The translations under genes were made by a program, and so were the position numbers. This document shows positions 39,066 to 53,042 of a stretch of 64,000 nt of DNA, piece after piece. The stretch is from positions 19,114,769 to 19,178,768 of the forward strand of contig JAUZTB010000127.1 in the NCBI GenBank assembly GCA_034780895.1, in the 5' to 3' direction. The first letter of the stretch is position 1; each line of letters opens with the position of its first letter. Under the pieces are notes generated by a model. It was given only the letters and a program-made list of their open reading frames with translations. It ran no database searches and had not been told where the DNA came from. The DNA is from Rhynchobatus australiae (taxonomy: Eukaryota).

Positions 39066-40299
39066 GCTATCCTAATAGGATTGGCAGGGAACTTGATTTT
39101 AAATTGAGTGGTTATATTTTCAGCTCTCACTTTTGGCTGGTGCCCATGCAGGAGATTCCAATCTATTGTAACATCTTAGTAACATTGACAAACCTTCTAA
39201 ATGTTCTCACTGTTGCTCTTTCTCCATCCTGCCCCCCCCCCCACCCCTGAAATTATTGACAGTTGGTGGAGTGCATTTCCATGGGTGCTGTCAGTCAATC
39301 ACCGTCAGTGACCTGTGATGGGGTGGAGATGACAGGACAATACTGCCAATACCATTAATGCCCTGGGCTAACATCCCTACCCCAGCAATAGCAAATGTGG
39401 GTATCATTGACACAGCTGGCATTTCATTACCCTTCATCAGTTTATCAGTAGACTTAAGTAGATGGTGGATGGCCAGTTGTGTGGGTTGCTACAAAACCCA
39501 TTCCTGGCATGGGACTGGAATAACAATTGTAAGCTGGGACATTTTGATTTGAGGAATATCAATCGTTCTCAGTCCAGGATCCTATCTAATTTTCTCTGGA
39601 CTCCATTTCAGCTTCAGTGATCTTTTACTGGCTTCTCAGCCTTGGGTTTTCAGATTGCCTGGGCATAGAGAATAAGGCAGACTGAGGAGAGAAGACAGCA
39701 TGGCTTGCTCTTCTACTCACTTCACTAATGTGAGTGAGACCCTCAGGGCTTTGGGAAGTGTTAGGGGAAGAACAACTGTTGGGCTGTGTTAAATATTTTT
39801 CAAACTCTTGCAGAATAATTTTGGGAAGGCTCCTTAGCTCTTTGTACTTCAGTTTTTCAAGTCCTGTTCATTGCAGCGTGTACCAAGTTCAGGAGTTTCG
39901 GACAGGCAAATAGTTAAATTCTGAAAAGGTGCAGCTAAGTTGCCCTGAGGGGAAATAATAAAAGAAAAATCATTATTATTTGCAAGTTTAATATGAGAGC
40001 CCTCTACTTCTTTTATCTTCATATTTGGTGCAGCTGCCTGAGGTAATCCTAATTTTAGTCCATTCATTTTGTCTGTTTTTATTGCAGGGTTCAGCTAAAA
40101 GTTGTGCATCAAATAACCCAGCAATTGCAGGAACATGCCTACTCTAGAAGGTTTTAATAAAAGTCATGCCAGCAGTGAAATCTGATAAATACCTCAGCTG
40201 ATGCTGATTTGTGATCTTGGTTACTTGCAGACCAGGTGCAGTTATACCTTGATAGCGTTCTCATCTTCCACTTGCTCTACCAACCAGCAATAACCCCTG

Positions 40300-41420
40300 C
40301 CCTCCTATGTGCTTCTGAGATCTGGATTATCTCAAAACCCTGGAAAAATACCACTAATGCTGTCTCCACAAAATCTGCCTGATTTAATTGGAAGGACAAG
40401 GTCTGTGCCCTCTCCAAGGCAGCATCCCCGGTACTGAAGCCCTAGTTGCACTACATTGAGCAGGCTGTGTCACTAATACCAGGNNNNNNNNNNNNNNNNN
40501 NNNNNNNNNNNNNNNNNNNNNNNNNNNNNNNNNNNNNNNNNNNNNNNNNNNNNNNNNNNNNNNNNNNNNNNNNNNNNNNNNNNTGAAGCCCTAGTTGCAC
40601 TACATTGAGCAGTCTGTGTCACTAATACCAGGATCCAAAACAAGATGCTCTGAGCTTTGTCATAGGAAGAGATTGCTGGGCAGACAAGCAAAGTGTCAAA
40701 GAGTGTTTAAAACCTCCTCGAAGAAAGGCAGCATCCCCATTGACTCCCGGGAATCTCTGGCCCATCACCACTTAGTGGAGAAGCATTCAGGATGGTATAG
40801 AGTACCTTAAAACGATGCATGATAAGTACACAGAGGCCCCACATAAGCGGTAGAAGGAGCAGATAACCTCACAACTTTCAGTAAACTTTGGCTAATTCAA
40901 CACATTCGGGACTTTTGTGGTACCAGACTAGCATATTTTCCAAATTATTGGATGTTTCTCAGTACTCCGACACACTTCAACTCAATGTTTTCTTAAAATA
41001 TTACACAGTAGAATAATAAATTTTCCAGGGAACCTGGTAAATTTCAAGGGAGTGTGGGAAAACAAGGTCCCAGTTAAAATTAAAGGGGAAGGGAAACAGA
41101 AACAGATGGGTTTAAAGTCATCTGGGCCGTGACGAGTGAAAGGGAATTGGGGAATTGGAGATTCAGTGTGCAGAAATCTGGGCCCTGGTGTGCAAAAGGG
41201 AGCCCGTTTTGTTAAACAGCATGTGGGAATCAACAGCCACTAGCCAGACTGGGACTTCTGAATAGGCAGTAGCAAATTATTGGAGTTTTACTGTACCTAC
41301 TGTCACCCCTTTCAGCAACTACCTCCCTCATCTGCTGTTCCAACATTGGTGCCATCAGCCACCTTAGAACCCACTAAACCAGCATGGAAGTAAGTCATCC
41401 TCAATCGAAGAGGAGGAAGG
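40300..41420 (+). mobile_element. Degenerate RTE (BovB-like) LINE 3' fragment, interrupted by a MITE
   Basis: Residual LKTLEKYH..CLHKI..WKD, IPIDSRESLAH (cf. IPTDSWESLAHDR), and 3' end agaacccac...ggaagtaagtcatcctcaatc homologous to 44224-44265. Confidence 0.75.
40879..41293. mobile_element. Tc1/mariner (Tigger-like) non-autonomous element nested in the RTE
   Basis: Imperfect TIRs cagtaaactttggctaattc (40879) and aaattattggagttttactg (to 41293), followed by TA. RTE homology stops and resumes at these points. Confidence 0.55.
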
Positions 41421-41869
41421 CAAAGAGGTCTAGTAAATATTTTATTGTCCCAGTAATGCTGCCTCTTGTTAAGCCTATTTTGTTCCTTTTATCCAGAACT
41501 GAGACAACTAACTTGCTACATGATTTAACCAATCTAGAAATCAAGCATTTCTCACTTTGAACAGTTGCATTCCTATGTACAGAACCTTACAATCAATCTT
41601 GGCACATCCTTAGACAGTCTGAAAATTCCANNNNNNNNNNNNNNNNNATTCCATTATTCCTATGAAATTTCCCCTTTTAATTACAACATTGTTGTGTTTA
41701 GTAAACAGTTAACTATAGAAAATTGAGGTGTAATTTCATTGATACCAGCAGCTATATTGGAGTCAAGAAAGAGAGATTGCCATCAAACTTGGAAACAGCA
41801 TACCCCATTTTAACAAAATATTGTTTGATGTGAGATGTACAAATAATGCACTCAAAAAACATAATTAAG

Positions 41870-42165
41870 CATTATTAAGCAACTTTCATATAAAATATCT
41901 AAAAGCAATTTACAGCTAGTGAAATTCTGCTGGTGGAATTATTGATGTAATGTAGGAAATCTGGCAGCCAAATCACAGTCAGCAGCACCCCCCACCCACT
42001 GCCCCAACGAAAGATGAGCTAATAACAAGATAATGTGTTTTCATAATGTTGGTTGAAGGGTGAGTATTAGCCAGACACCAGGGGATCACTCCTGGATTAT
42101 GTGTGAAAGTTTCAAGTGATGAGACCTGAGCCCACAAGCCTGCGAGAGTCAGAGGCAGCAAAATT
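41870..42165 (-). mobile_element. Deu-domain SINE remnant (internally deleted)
   Basis: atgttggttgaagggtgagtattagccagacaccaggggatcactcctg is the reverse complement of the recalled SacSINE1 segment caggggagttctcccc.gtgtcctggccaatatttatccctcaaccaacat. Confidence 0.65.
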
Positions 42166-42309
42166 ACTAATGGTCTATGCCTGACGTCTCAGATTGCCCT
42201 CTCATTCTGCAAGTTAAAAGCAAGCTGAGGATTTTAGCCTGGGCGTCCTTAAAGATGTACCCTGTGAACTTAAGCTCAGACAAAATTTTGCTGCTTAGCC
42301 CTATTGCTA

Positions 42310-42575
42310 CAGGTGGTGCATTTAGTAGATCCACTCCCTGGCAGTGACGGAGACCCAGGTTCAATTCAGACTTTTGGTGCTGTCTGCTTTGAGTTTGCAC
42401 TTCTCCCCGTGACCAGGTGGGCCTTTTCCACATCCCGAAGACGTGTTGGTCAGTCTGCAAATTGGCCTCTAAATTGCCCTGAATGTGTAGAGTGGTATGT
42501 GGGGAGAATAAAAATGGGATTAATGTAGGCTTAGTGTAAATCGGTGGTTGATGTGGACTCCGTGAACCAAAGATT
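42310..42575 (+). mobile_element. HE1-like tRNA SINE
   Basis: A/B-box-like head ...gagacccaggttcaattcagact and core gagtttgcacttctccccgtgacc...ccacatcccgaagacgtg. Confidence 0.8.
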
Positions 42576-42579
42576 GGCA

Positions 42580-42920
42580 GATTTTTTTTATTGTCCCACG
42601 TACTGAGATACAGTGAAAAACTTTATTTTGCATGCCATACATACAGATCATTCCAAATACAAGAACATTGAGGTAGTACAAAGGGAAAAGCAATAACAGA
42701 ATGCAGAATATAGTGCTACAGTTGCAGAGAAAGTGCAGTGCAGATAGACAAATAAGGTGCAAGAAGTATGACGAGGTTGACTGAGAGATCAAGAATTCAT
42801 CTTAATCATTGAAGAGGTCCATTTGATAGTTTTATAACAGCGGGAAGCTGTCCTTGAGCCTGGTATTGCGTGTTTTCAAGCCTTTGTATCTTCTGCCTGA
42901 TGGAAGGTGAGAGAAGAGAG
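42580..42920 (-). mobile_element. Rex1/Babar-like LINE 3' tail
   Basis: Homologous to 1147-1470 (tacagtgaaaaactt...gaagctgtccttgagcctggt...tgtatcttctgcctgat). Confidence 0.85.
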
Positions 42921-43494
42921 CCTGTCTCCATGCTGTAATGCTCCATGGTTGTATCTCTTTGTTCAAACCTGTTACTGCCTCTGTGCTTGTTCACAAATTT
43001 TGATTCCAGGTCAACAAATGCTATGAATTTATATTTCTCATTCTCATTTTCATAATTTGATGTGTCTGTGAAGTGCCTACAGACATCTTACTGTATTAAA
43101 GGCGCTGGATATATGTGACATTCAGGTGACCTTGGTTCTGGCGTGTAATTGCCAAAGGCTGAACAATTTCCCATTAGTTCTGAAGATTAGTTTAACTGCC
43201 AGGGGGGTTTGATAGAAGTGAGATGCAACATTGCAGTGAGAAAGATTGAGAAAAGTGTCAGGCAATGACACAGCATTGTTTCTTATTAGTCTTCTTTGAG
43301 ATTGGTTCTGTTGTAGTCTGGTTAATATCATGGCTTGCACATTGTTATGGAGCCTCTGTAGTTTATTTGCAGCTTGCAGACAACACTTGCATTTACACAA
43401 GCTCAGAGGTTGAGCTCTAAGACATTGTCAACTTGCTCTTAAAGCATATGAGAGGATGCTTTAAGAACATCCACAGGACCAGGGTCCAATACCA

Positions 43495-44288
43495 ATTGCA
43501 CCACACTACTCTCCGACAATAAAAGTTCATGGTGAATATCTCCGGAGATACATCTCAGCAAAGGTATACATTGATGATGAAATTCACCATTACCTCTTAA
43601 TGTAGCAGCACAGCCTTTGGTCGATTTAAGCAAAAGAGTGAAGATTTGGCACAAAACTCATGGATTACTGGGGAGCAGTGATTCCTGACCTCCTCTATGC
43701 TTCTGAGACCTGGACTCCCTACAGCAGGCATTTCAATGTACTGGAGAAGTACCACTTATGCCCTCTTCACAAAATCTTCTGAAAGGACAAGTGAATCAAT
43801 GCCAGTATTCTTAAGCAGGTCAACATCCCTAGCGTTGAGGCCCTAATTATTCATATTTGCCNNNNNNNNNNNNNNNNNNNNNNNNNNNNNNNNNNNNNNN
43901 NNCCTGTGAGTAAAACTAATCCAAGACATGTCACGGGAGAACATTTCCTGGTGGACTGAGACTTTCCAGGTGACTCAGTATTTGCTCAAAGCTCTTGAAG
44001 AAATGGAACACCCTTCTTAAATCTTGAGTATCTGTGGTCCATGACTGCTCAGGATGGCACCAAGAACCTTGAGGCCCTGCACTTGGAGCAGACAAGAGTT
44101 CTGCATAAGTGACTGAAGGAGCACAGCATCTCAGGAATACCCTCCTGCATGACATATCAGGCACCACCTACTCTATCTGGGGACAAGTCTGCGGTTCCCT
44201 TATTTGCCTCACCAGCCAACTGCGAACCCACAGGACCGAGTGGAAGCATATCATCCTCGATCCCAAAGAACTGTTCAAGAAGAAGAAA
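43495..44288 (+). mobile_element. RTE (BovB-like) LINE 3' fragment
   Basis: Residual IDDEIHH...STAFGR...AVIPDLLYASETWTPYSRHFNVLEKYH and a terminal aagaagaagaa microsatellite tail typical of RTE. Confidence 0.85.
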
Positions 44289-46339
44289 TATGAGAGCTGT
44301 AAAGATATATAGGTAAAATTCAAATGCAATTAGAGTAGAGTACTAGTAGTAGGGAAGTATTTTAATTTGTAGCATACCTGAAGAACTCTGCTGTTTCACA
44401 CACACAGTTAAAAATCAAGTTATTACTCATAGAGTCAAAAGGCAGGAGATACTTGCACCAGCCAACAAATAAGGTAATTCATTTTGCACTCAGAAGTCAA
44501 TTGCCCTATTTTAATATAATACATTGGGTATTTGTAGATTAATTGCACAACTTGCAGCAAATTGGAGGATAGAAATTTGGTTGCATCATTTTGGTTTCTT
44601 TGCTTCACAGTGTGACAGTTTCTGTAGAAAATGGAAGAAATTGACTCAAAACTGTGGTAAATTGGCAGTGGGAAACAGGATGTTTCAAGGTGAAATGTGT
44701 GCAAAATTAAGGTTTTTTTAAAATATATAATAGAACAAAATATGCTCCCCATTGTTGGTCACAGGCCTTTAGCCATATAAAATCTAAAATTTGACCAGTA
44801 TAACTTTGGCTCAAATGCAGACACTTGCTGTGGAATCTTAATGTAGTTGAAAGCATTTCTTCTGGTTGCTTTTCCTCTGAAGTGCACGATTGTGTAAGAA
44901 TCTTGGGTGTGTAAATTCTTCCAGTTGTATGCCAGTAAAGAAGAATAACACAGCATTTCTTTGTTCTTAATGGTTGCCTTTTCACTTGGAACACTTATCT
45001 TTCAGCTTCTAAAGAAGCTAGTCCTCCAAATCAGCAGCTGCAAGAGCTATAGACAGATGTTTACTGTCAGGATAATTGTAGAGCAGTGTTGAAGTGAATA
45101 TGTCTGATAGGAGCATTGAGGGGGTAGTTGTAGCCAAAGGAAATGCTTTAAACTATATTAGAGACTTAATTGTTCAACTGTACTCTGTCCATTGAATCCA
45201 AGTATTAGTTGGACTATTGTCAAGCATCATTGCTGAAACTTTAACAATAGGTCAAAGGTTTGTAAGTTTAACAAAACATTCCATTGGATTTTATTAATAA
45301 AGTTAATATTCCATTGTAGTGTCCAAATAAACTTGAAAATATTACATAGAAAGAAGACATTGATATACTACTGATCTCTAATCAGTAGTACTTAATTTAT
45401 TGGCTAATAACTACCTGCATTCTGATTTTATACTTGAGAATAACCACAAAATCAAACTCTCGCTAATTTTTTCTCTAAAATAAAATTGAATGTAATTTTT
45501 AAGGGTAATTCAGCTGGCAGGTCACTCTGCAGGGGGAGTGTAGGGTAAATGGTAAAATATCATGCAACTGCTATGGGTGCATAAAGGCAACAGAATTTTG
45601 AATGTAAAAATAAACTCAATTTAATTTTCAGTTAATAACAATCAAGTTTGTTGACTTGGCAAAGGTAGGATATGTGAAATTAATCCAACTAATAATGTGA
45701 GGCAGCACTCAAGCTGCTAGGGTATGGGAAGTTACTTGTTGAATTATTTTTTTTCCCATTCCACTGCAGCTGCGACATTATTGGCCCAGAATTTGTGGTC
45801 AGCGGCAAATCTGTGGCAAGAGCATCCCCTTTTCTGCTGCCTGATGTCTAGGTGGCTAAGCAGCTGATAACATTAAAGAATTCTCACCAATAGGAAAATA
45901 TGAGACAAAGTTCAGTTAATTTTGTAAACATTTTACTGAGTGCTGAATCAAATTTTTACATGTATGTGTGATTAAAGTAGAAGATAAAATATCAAACTTC
46001 CTAAATTTTTAAAAAATTTTGAAATCATTAAAGAAAGTGACAGACGTTTTTAAGGTCAGATAGTGTGCTAGGCAATAATTAATGCCTCTTACACCGTAAA
46101 AGCTGACTTAGACACTATGGCTTAGATGTCATAATGCAACCAAACAAAGGCTCTGGATGGTCAGAGCCGCAGTAAGCCAGTGGCTGGTTTGGTTGTCTTC
46201 CTGCCATTGCTCATTACATTAGCCTAGGGCCAAAGCCTCTGGCACTAGTGGGGGGAAAAAGTGTTGCATATCTTTGTTGTTGATACTTGCTGCTCATATC
46301 TGAGACTGGGACCCCAGCAAGGCAGGAAAAATTGAAGGA

Positions 46340-47010
46340 GGGAGAGTGGTGTTCAGCTCCAGGGGAGTTGAAATGAGTGCTGCATAAGTCAAATAAGTGC
46401 TTGAAGTAATGATGCTTCTTCCATGTCTGGCTTTTGTCTGATGCCATCTTCATCCTCAAAGTGGTGCCAGGTGTTTAAATGTTTTGTTTTCGCCACCTCC
46501 AGTTGTCCTCCTGTATTTGCTTGCAGGTTGGGTTTGAGTAGCCTTCCTGTTAGTAGGAGAGTGCCAGTACTTCAACAAGCTAGTCTTCTTCCATGCCTAT
46601 TTGGGGTATTATGGAAGTCTGCAATGCTCAAATAAGGGTCTGACAGTGATGATGATCTTCAGGTAGTTAGCTGGGGGGGAAAGAGTAGGTAGCATGGGCT
46701 AAGGCCTCAGGGGTTAGCAGCACAATTGGAGGGTCAGGGTAAGATGAGACAGAAGTGAAGTTGGAGTGGAGTGGGAGTTTCAACATCATTGGGGGCTGGG
46801 AGCGATCAGTACCATATTGGGAGGTAGGGGACAGGGAATCTGTATGGACTAAGTGTGCTACACCGTGAGAAGACATAGTTGTCCCAAGAATGCTCAATGA
46901 TGGTCACTTGAGATAATATGGCCAAATTTTCTGAGCAATGGCCTAAAATGAGTACTGCGTAAAGACTGATGTCATCCAATGCACAACTGTTGAGGATATG
47001 CACCTTGTCA
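46340..47010 (-). mobile_element. Very old L2-like LINE RT remnant
   Basis: Minus-strand CALDDISLY (cf. YADDTQLY), TDSLSP and EALAHA (cf. ETLIHAF) in the expected order. Weak. Confidence 0.45.
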
Positions 47011-48409
47011 AATTTCTAGACTGACCTAAGTGACCTGCCTCACTCAGAGCTTCAATTTTGTGGGACTGAAGACGAGCATTATGTTATTGAACTTTTACTG
47101 GCACACACAACTTGGTGTAAGGTTTTCAGGCTATTTTACTGTGTGATTAGTTCAAAAATAGCTCAGGTTTACTATGGGTTTCTGTAAAAGGGATCCTATT
47201 TGAGTTGAAAATAGCAAATCTGATGTTCTCTCTCCATGCAGTGAGCTGGAGAATTTCTTCTGAGCACAAGGGATAAATGCAGCAAATATCGCATTACATG
47301 AGAAAACTCATTTCATATATTTTCTGTATGACTATTTAAAGACTTATAAATATTACTTCTGTATATGACTGAGTGCACTGAATGGAATTCAGTGGTCTCT
47401 GCTGTTGATAATGTCTGTCTGTTTTAGCTTGAGACTGTAATGTTTAATTATGATATTAGTCTTGGAAGGATATCTGAGTATTCCACAGAGGTGGCTTTTG
47501 AATGTTCTCAACATTAGCTGACTTGCAAAATGCATCAACGTTACTTTAAAATGTCAGTAAATAAATAAATTTGGGAAAGTTAAACTCATGGCAGTCTAAG
47601 TAAACCAAAGCCAAAGGACGTGCCAGCTGGTAAACCCGTGGATCAGAAGGGGGCTTTATTCCTGATGGTTCTTGTGAGACTGCCAGTTGCAGTGTGGTTA
47701 TGATCTTGATGCATGCTGTGACTGACCCCTGTTGCCTCAGCATCTCCCATATCTCAAGATCGAGTTTTTAAAAACGAGGATTTCAAAAGAATGCAGTGGA
47801 TCAAATCATAAATCGATACCCCTCACTTTCATTTTATAAATTAGGTCAGAAAGGCTTAAATTATTATTGCTGGTTGGAGAAAATTTAATGAGCTTCGTTC
47901 TCAAAGCCATCAGTGCTGAGTTGTATTGGGTCGTGACTGGAGCACAAATGAAGAACTGTGCACAGTTCTGGTCTCTATTTCACCAGAAGGGACACAGGCA
48001 TGAGAGAAAGTGTGTGGGGGGGGGGGGGGGAAACATTCCCATGGATTAAACAAAGAAGGATGTTTTTATCAAGAAAGTCTGAACAGCATCGGCACAACAT
48101 CATGGGCTGAATGGTCTGTCCAATGCTGTACTCTTCTATGTTCTGTTAACAGGTTGGGGATGTACTCTTTTGAATAGAAGTTGTTACTAAGAAGTGGCCT
48201 GATATTCCCACTGTTGGAAAGACATAAACTCTGAGCTTTAAGATCAAATGTGGAATTCAGTCAAAACCTCATTACCTAAAGGGTGGTAAAGAGTGGAACT
48301 CTCACCACAAGGAGGAAGGGCAGCATATGGCATAGGTGTTGGATAAGCACATGGAGGAGGATATAGAGGTAAAGGTGCGAAGGAGGTTTCTTGTGAAGCA
48401 TAACTGAAC

Positions 48410-48813
48410 TGACCCCTCCCTCCCACATGTGGTTCTTCCTATCACCATCAGCCTCCATCCCACCCCACTTCATACTGCTGTATACTGGCAATCTCTCCTG
48501 TTCTCTCTCAGGCCCAATGCAGGGTCTTGATCCAAAATGTCAGCATACACCTTCTGCCTCTGTAGATGCTGCTTGACTTGCTGAGTTCTTCCAGTGTTCT
48601 GTTTCTTTGTTCTAGAGTCCAGCGTCTGCAGTCTCTTTTGTTTTNNNNNNNNNNNNNNNNNNNNNNNNNNNNNNNNNNNNNNNNNNNNNNNNNNNNNNNN
48701 NNNNNNNNNNNNNNNNNNNNNNNNNNNNNNNNNNNNNNNNNNNNGACTTGCTGAGTTCTTCCAGTGTTCTGTTTCTTTGTTCTAGATTCCAGCGTCTGCA
48801 GTCTCTTTTGTTT
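48410..48813 (+). mobile_element. Penelope-derived 3' remnant (partly duplicated across a gap)
   Basis: Pyrimidine-rich stretch, then gcagggtcttgatccaaaatgtc...agatgctgcttgacttgctgagttcttccag...ccagcgtctgcagtctc. Confidence 0.65.
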
Positions 48814-49829
48814 TTAAACTGAGTCATTGCTTTATGGTTCAGTGTAGCTGTTAGCCAGCTCTGGAGGTTTTAATGTACAAGCTCCAAATTAGTTTGTTTT
48901 TCTTCTCTAACAAAGTGGGTTAAGTCCACAGTACCAGGAATGACTATTTTTTCTATTCTCTTTAGATTTTGACTGAAGTTTTAAATTATCTGAATCGCAG
49001 AGGCATTGAATAGCTTGGTAGTTCTGAAATGTACATTTCCATTTTAGCTGGCCTGTACTCTGGCAGTGATGATGACCTTTAAGTCAAAATAACAGTGCAG
49101 AACTTGAGTCGATCCAATACTGCTCCTTCAAATTTTTTTTTTGAAATTAAGGAGCTCCCAAACACTTTTTTTGAAGCTTCATCAAGATCTAATTCATGAC
49201 CTGTATATACCACTCTACTCTATATTAAAAGTTCTACCATTTTGTGTAAATAGCCTCTGCTTATTTTTTCCACTTGAAGTATGCCAAACTATTATTTCCT
49301 TGGCTTTAATTTCATCTAATGTCTACTTTGCCAGTTTAGTTACCTGTTACCTCCTGAAGTTGAGTATAGTCTTCGTAGATAACCATGCAGTTCATAATAA
49401 AATGTGTAGAATGGCTTTTTTTTTGCACTTTTAATGGGAATTATTTCAACCTCTTGGGACAATACTGTGTGACCACAATCACAAGAACTACCATATGATG
49501 AGTTTCCTCAGGAGCCTGCAGAACAGCAACAGTTCCTCAGGAACTGAAATGATTAGTACTCCCTGTGCAGAATTGACAGCACCATTAGAAGTTTAGAAAA
49601 TGTGTTAAGACAGCTAGGACTTTGTACAGCAGGTAAAGTCGGACTTTCCCACTGAAATTGTTTAATTATTTGACAACTTGATTTTTTTTATTATGTATTA
49701 AAATTCATTATTTATGGGATATCTTCCTGATAAAAATTGTACAGTCCTTAATAAATATGATGTACTGACCCTTCATATCTTCCGCCTCATGTGGTAACAT
49801 GTTGCTATTTGTCAAAGCTCTGCTTGTAT

Positions 49830-52400
49830 GTTCTTTCAGATAATTATCTTGCAATGTGGTAACTCCCAGATTCTTTTTTTGCCTGGAGGGTTAACTCTTT
49901 ATTATCATCAATATATCACAAGTTTATCTGTGACTCCTCCTTAACAAATTTCACTGCCTGTTCACATACATTCGACTAGCACCATCGACATCTTTCATGG
50001 AAAGCTGTCTGAGTGACTCACACATCTCATTCATGTGGGGCATGGACATGCTCAGCTGGTTGATGAACCTAGAGAGCAAAATATCCTGCAATATCTGTTA
50101 GATTCAGCATCTCCTTTACTGCCTTGACCATTGCTGGTGATTAAGTGACCTATGAAGGAGACTTCCTTCTTTATGAAGCTGCGGAAGAGGTTTACCAGGA
50201 TTTTGCCTGGATTAGAGCACATGTGCAATAAGGAGAGGTTGGACAAATTTGGACTGTTTTCTTTGGAGCGGTAGAAGCTGAGAGGAGCCCTGTTAGTAGC
50301 TCATCAGATTATGAGAGGCATAGATAGGGTAGATAGCCAGTATCTTTTCTCGGGGTCGAAATGTCTAATATTGGAGGAAATGCATTTAAGGTGAGAGAGG
50401 GTAAGTTCAAAGGAGTTGTGTGGGGCATGTTTTTTTTCAGAGTGGTGGGTTCCTGGAATGTGCTGCCAGGGGTGGGACTGGAGGCAAATATGACAGATGA
50501 TTTAAAAGGCTCTTAGGCATATAAATGTGCAGAGAATGGAGGGATATGGACATTGTATAAGGAGAAGGGATTAGTTTAGTTGGGCGTTTAATTAACTTGG
50601 CACAATATCGTGGGTGGAAGGGCCTGTTCCTGAATTATACTATTTACTTCCCCAGCTTCAGTTGCTTCTCCCCGCATCTGCTCGTGAGGGCTGCATGTTT
50701 CTGGTCATGATCTAACTTTGCTTCTTCCGTTGTTTCCCCTTCTCCAAAGTCCAATGTGTCATCTGCTGCAGCCTTTGCCCCACTGAGACCTTCATGTGCA
50801 GTATCCAATCTTTGCTGAAATTACTCTGGCGTTGATTGCAAATGACATTCTGCTCCAACAGTTTCGAGTGAATGGTGTTGAAGCAGGTGAAATACCAGTT
50901 CTCCTCATCAAGCGCCACATGCCAGAACTCAATGCACACTGGAGATTTTTTGCTCTCTGCAGCTCTGCTAAAATATTTTCTATCATTTTTGTGGGCTGGT
51001 GGCTGCTTTTCAGAGCTGCATTTAAGCAAACTCTCAGCCTGCTGTTTGATTTCTTAGAATGCATCAAGCTGTGTGGTTGGCAGAACTAGGCATGTCTTTT
51101 GTGGTCACCATCTCTCTCGTATTCAGTCTTCCTTGAGAGTCACCGGAATACACCTTGTTTGTAGTACTATCAGCTACTCCTTCCCATCTAGGACCACACG
51201 GTGTTTATTTGCCTTCTATGTGTCCTATTCAATAAAACCCATATAACTATGCATTGTGAGTTGTGCAACTGAGGCATTCTTTGCATTAAATCAAAAGTAA
51301 CCCTTAGTAGTGTAACTTTTAGTGCTATTTGCTGAATTGTACTACTTGCATGTTTTTATTTGGCATCTTCCTTGTCTGCTACGATGAAATCCACGTCATA
51401 GTTCTCTTGATTATTCAAAGAGCATGTGTGTAGTCTTGTATTCTCACATTACCTGACTTGTTGGTTATAACTGCACTGCCTTGAGGCTGGACTTGTTTCG
51501 AGGGAGGGTGGATCATTGCATGTTGTATTTTTAATGGTTGCCATTGTGTCAACACTTTGGCATAGATGTAATGGGTGTTCCTTTCACAGAGCTGACCTCC
51601 ATTTGGCACCAGGTACATCGTATTCAACTGGTACTCTGAATTTGACCCTGTCTCTGTCCTTGCATGGCTTATCTTGTCCATTCTCTGGACCTTCAATGTT
51701 TTCTGTATTGTGTGCTGTTTGCAGAAATGATTTCCCAAACCACATTGTATACACTCTCTTCCATAAGCAGGGTGTTTCTTTCTCAGCCACTCATGTTGTC
51801 ATCTACAATACTTGTAACATCTAAACTCTGCTGGAAAGTTATTTTTTGTCTTGCACTTCACCACATGTTGGTCATTTTTATCCTAATTTTGGGTAGCTCA
51901 GCAGTTTTCATGTCTGTATGGACTTTCCCAGAGTTAACTCTGACTGATGTAGCAGCCATTCCCTTAGGCTTGACTCCCAGGTTCCCCCAATAATCCAATC
52001 TCCTATCTGTCAATTCTTCAAATATGCAGAATTACTTGCAGTTTTGTTAAGAAAGTGTCAAAGGATTCTCCTCCTGGTTCCTGTTTGCATGTAAAACAGA
52101 TGATGGTCAACTTTTTTCATTTCCAAGTGAGTTGCAATGTGCTTGTAATACATCCAATGCATTCTCCATTGTCTCAGTTGAGACCTTTGTGATATGGTAC
52201 AATTCTCTCTCATTTTAGTCAATTAGGTATTTCATTAAGCAACACTTCTGATATCTTGCATCAGTAACCATCTTTCCAAGATGCTGGAAAATAGTGGGTG
52301 ATTTAAGTTGACAATAAGGATACTTCAATAAACAAATTAAAAAGCCTACAATCAGGGACAACATCCTTGCTGTGGCTTGCTTCCAAATAGATAAATGAAT
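49830..52400 (-). mobile_element. Decayed Ty3/Gypsy LTR-retrotransposon internal region (gag, zinc knuckle, RT), split by a CR1
   Basis: Minus-strand pieces in order: Gag FTCKQEPGGESFDTFLTKL and IGDWIIGG..SSLREWLLHQSELTLGKSI; knuckle CKYC..H...PAYGRECIQCGLGNHF; RT IENILAELQRAK, FWHVALDEE..YFTCFNT, FQQRLDTAHEGLSGAKAAADDTL..GEGETTEEAKLDHDQK; and after the CR1, KKEVSFIGHLITSNG. Many frameshifts; no LTR seen. Confidence 0.85.
50179..50640 (+). mobile_element. CR1 LINE 3' fragment inserted into the Gypsy RT
   Basis: gaagaggtttaccaggattttgcctggattagag...gagaggttggacaaatttggactgttttctttggagcgg and tail gggtggaagggcctgttcctg. Confidence 0.9.
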
Positions 52401-53042
52401 TCTGCACACTTCTACGCATAGAGAGCAGTTGTTCATATGGTACAATTCATAAAGAGGTACGTAAGTCACATCTGTAAAAGAATGCACCTGTATTGGGTTT
52501 AGGCTTTCTGCACGGTTATGCACAATGCAGCCATATTACAACTGCATTCTGTTGTCAGATTCACAGTGCAGGCCAAAATTCAAAATGAGTAACTGACGTA
52601 GAACAAAAAGTATTGGCTTCTAAAAAGCAGAATGATTCTTATAGAACACGTATCTTGAAGCAGAAAACTTGTCATGCTCCTTCTTAAATATCACAAATGG
52701 TGTAAATGGAGAAACTTGTACACATCATCTCTAATGGTTTGTTTTTCTTGGTATTATCATAGTGCAGGCACAATATACAATGTAAACTTTGTTATGTTAT
52801 ATCATGGGATTAAACCCAGTTGGTGCAGTCAATTAGATTAATTGTTAAAATTTATCAGTCTCTTTCTGTAAGGAGAGACACACAGAGGATTTCTGAGAAG
52901 CCAGCAATCATTGAAACTGAAGGATTGTAGTGAATGGCTTATGAAATGAGTTGTACCTACTGTAGTGCTTCAACACATTGGATTGGTTAGGTATAGCTCA
53001 CAGAGAAACATCCATAGAAAACCGGCTGAGCAATCATTATTG

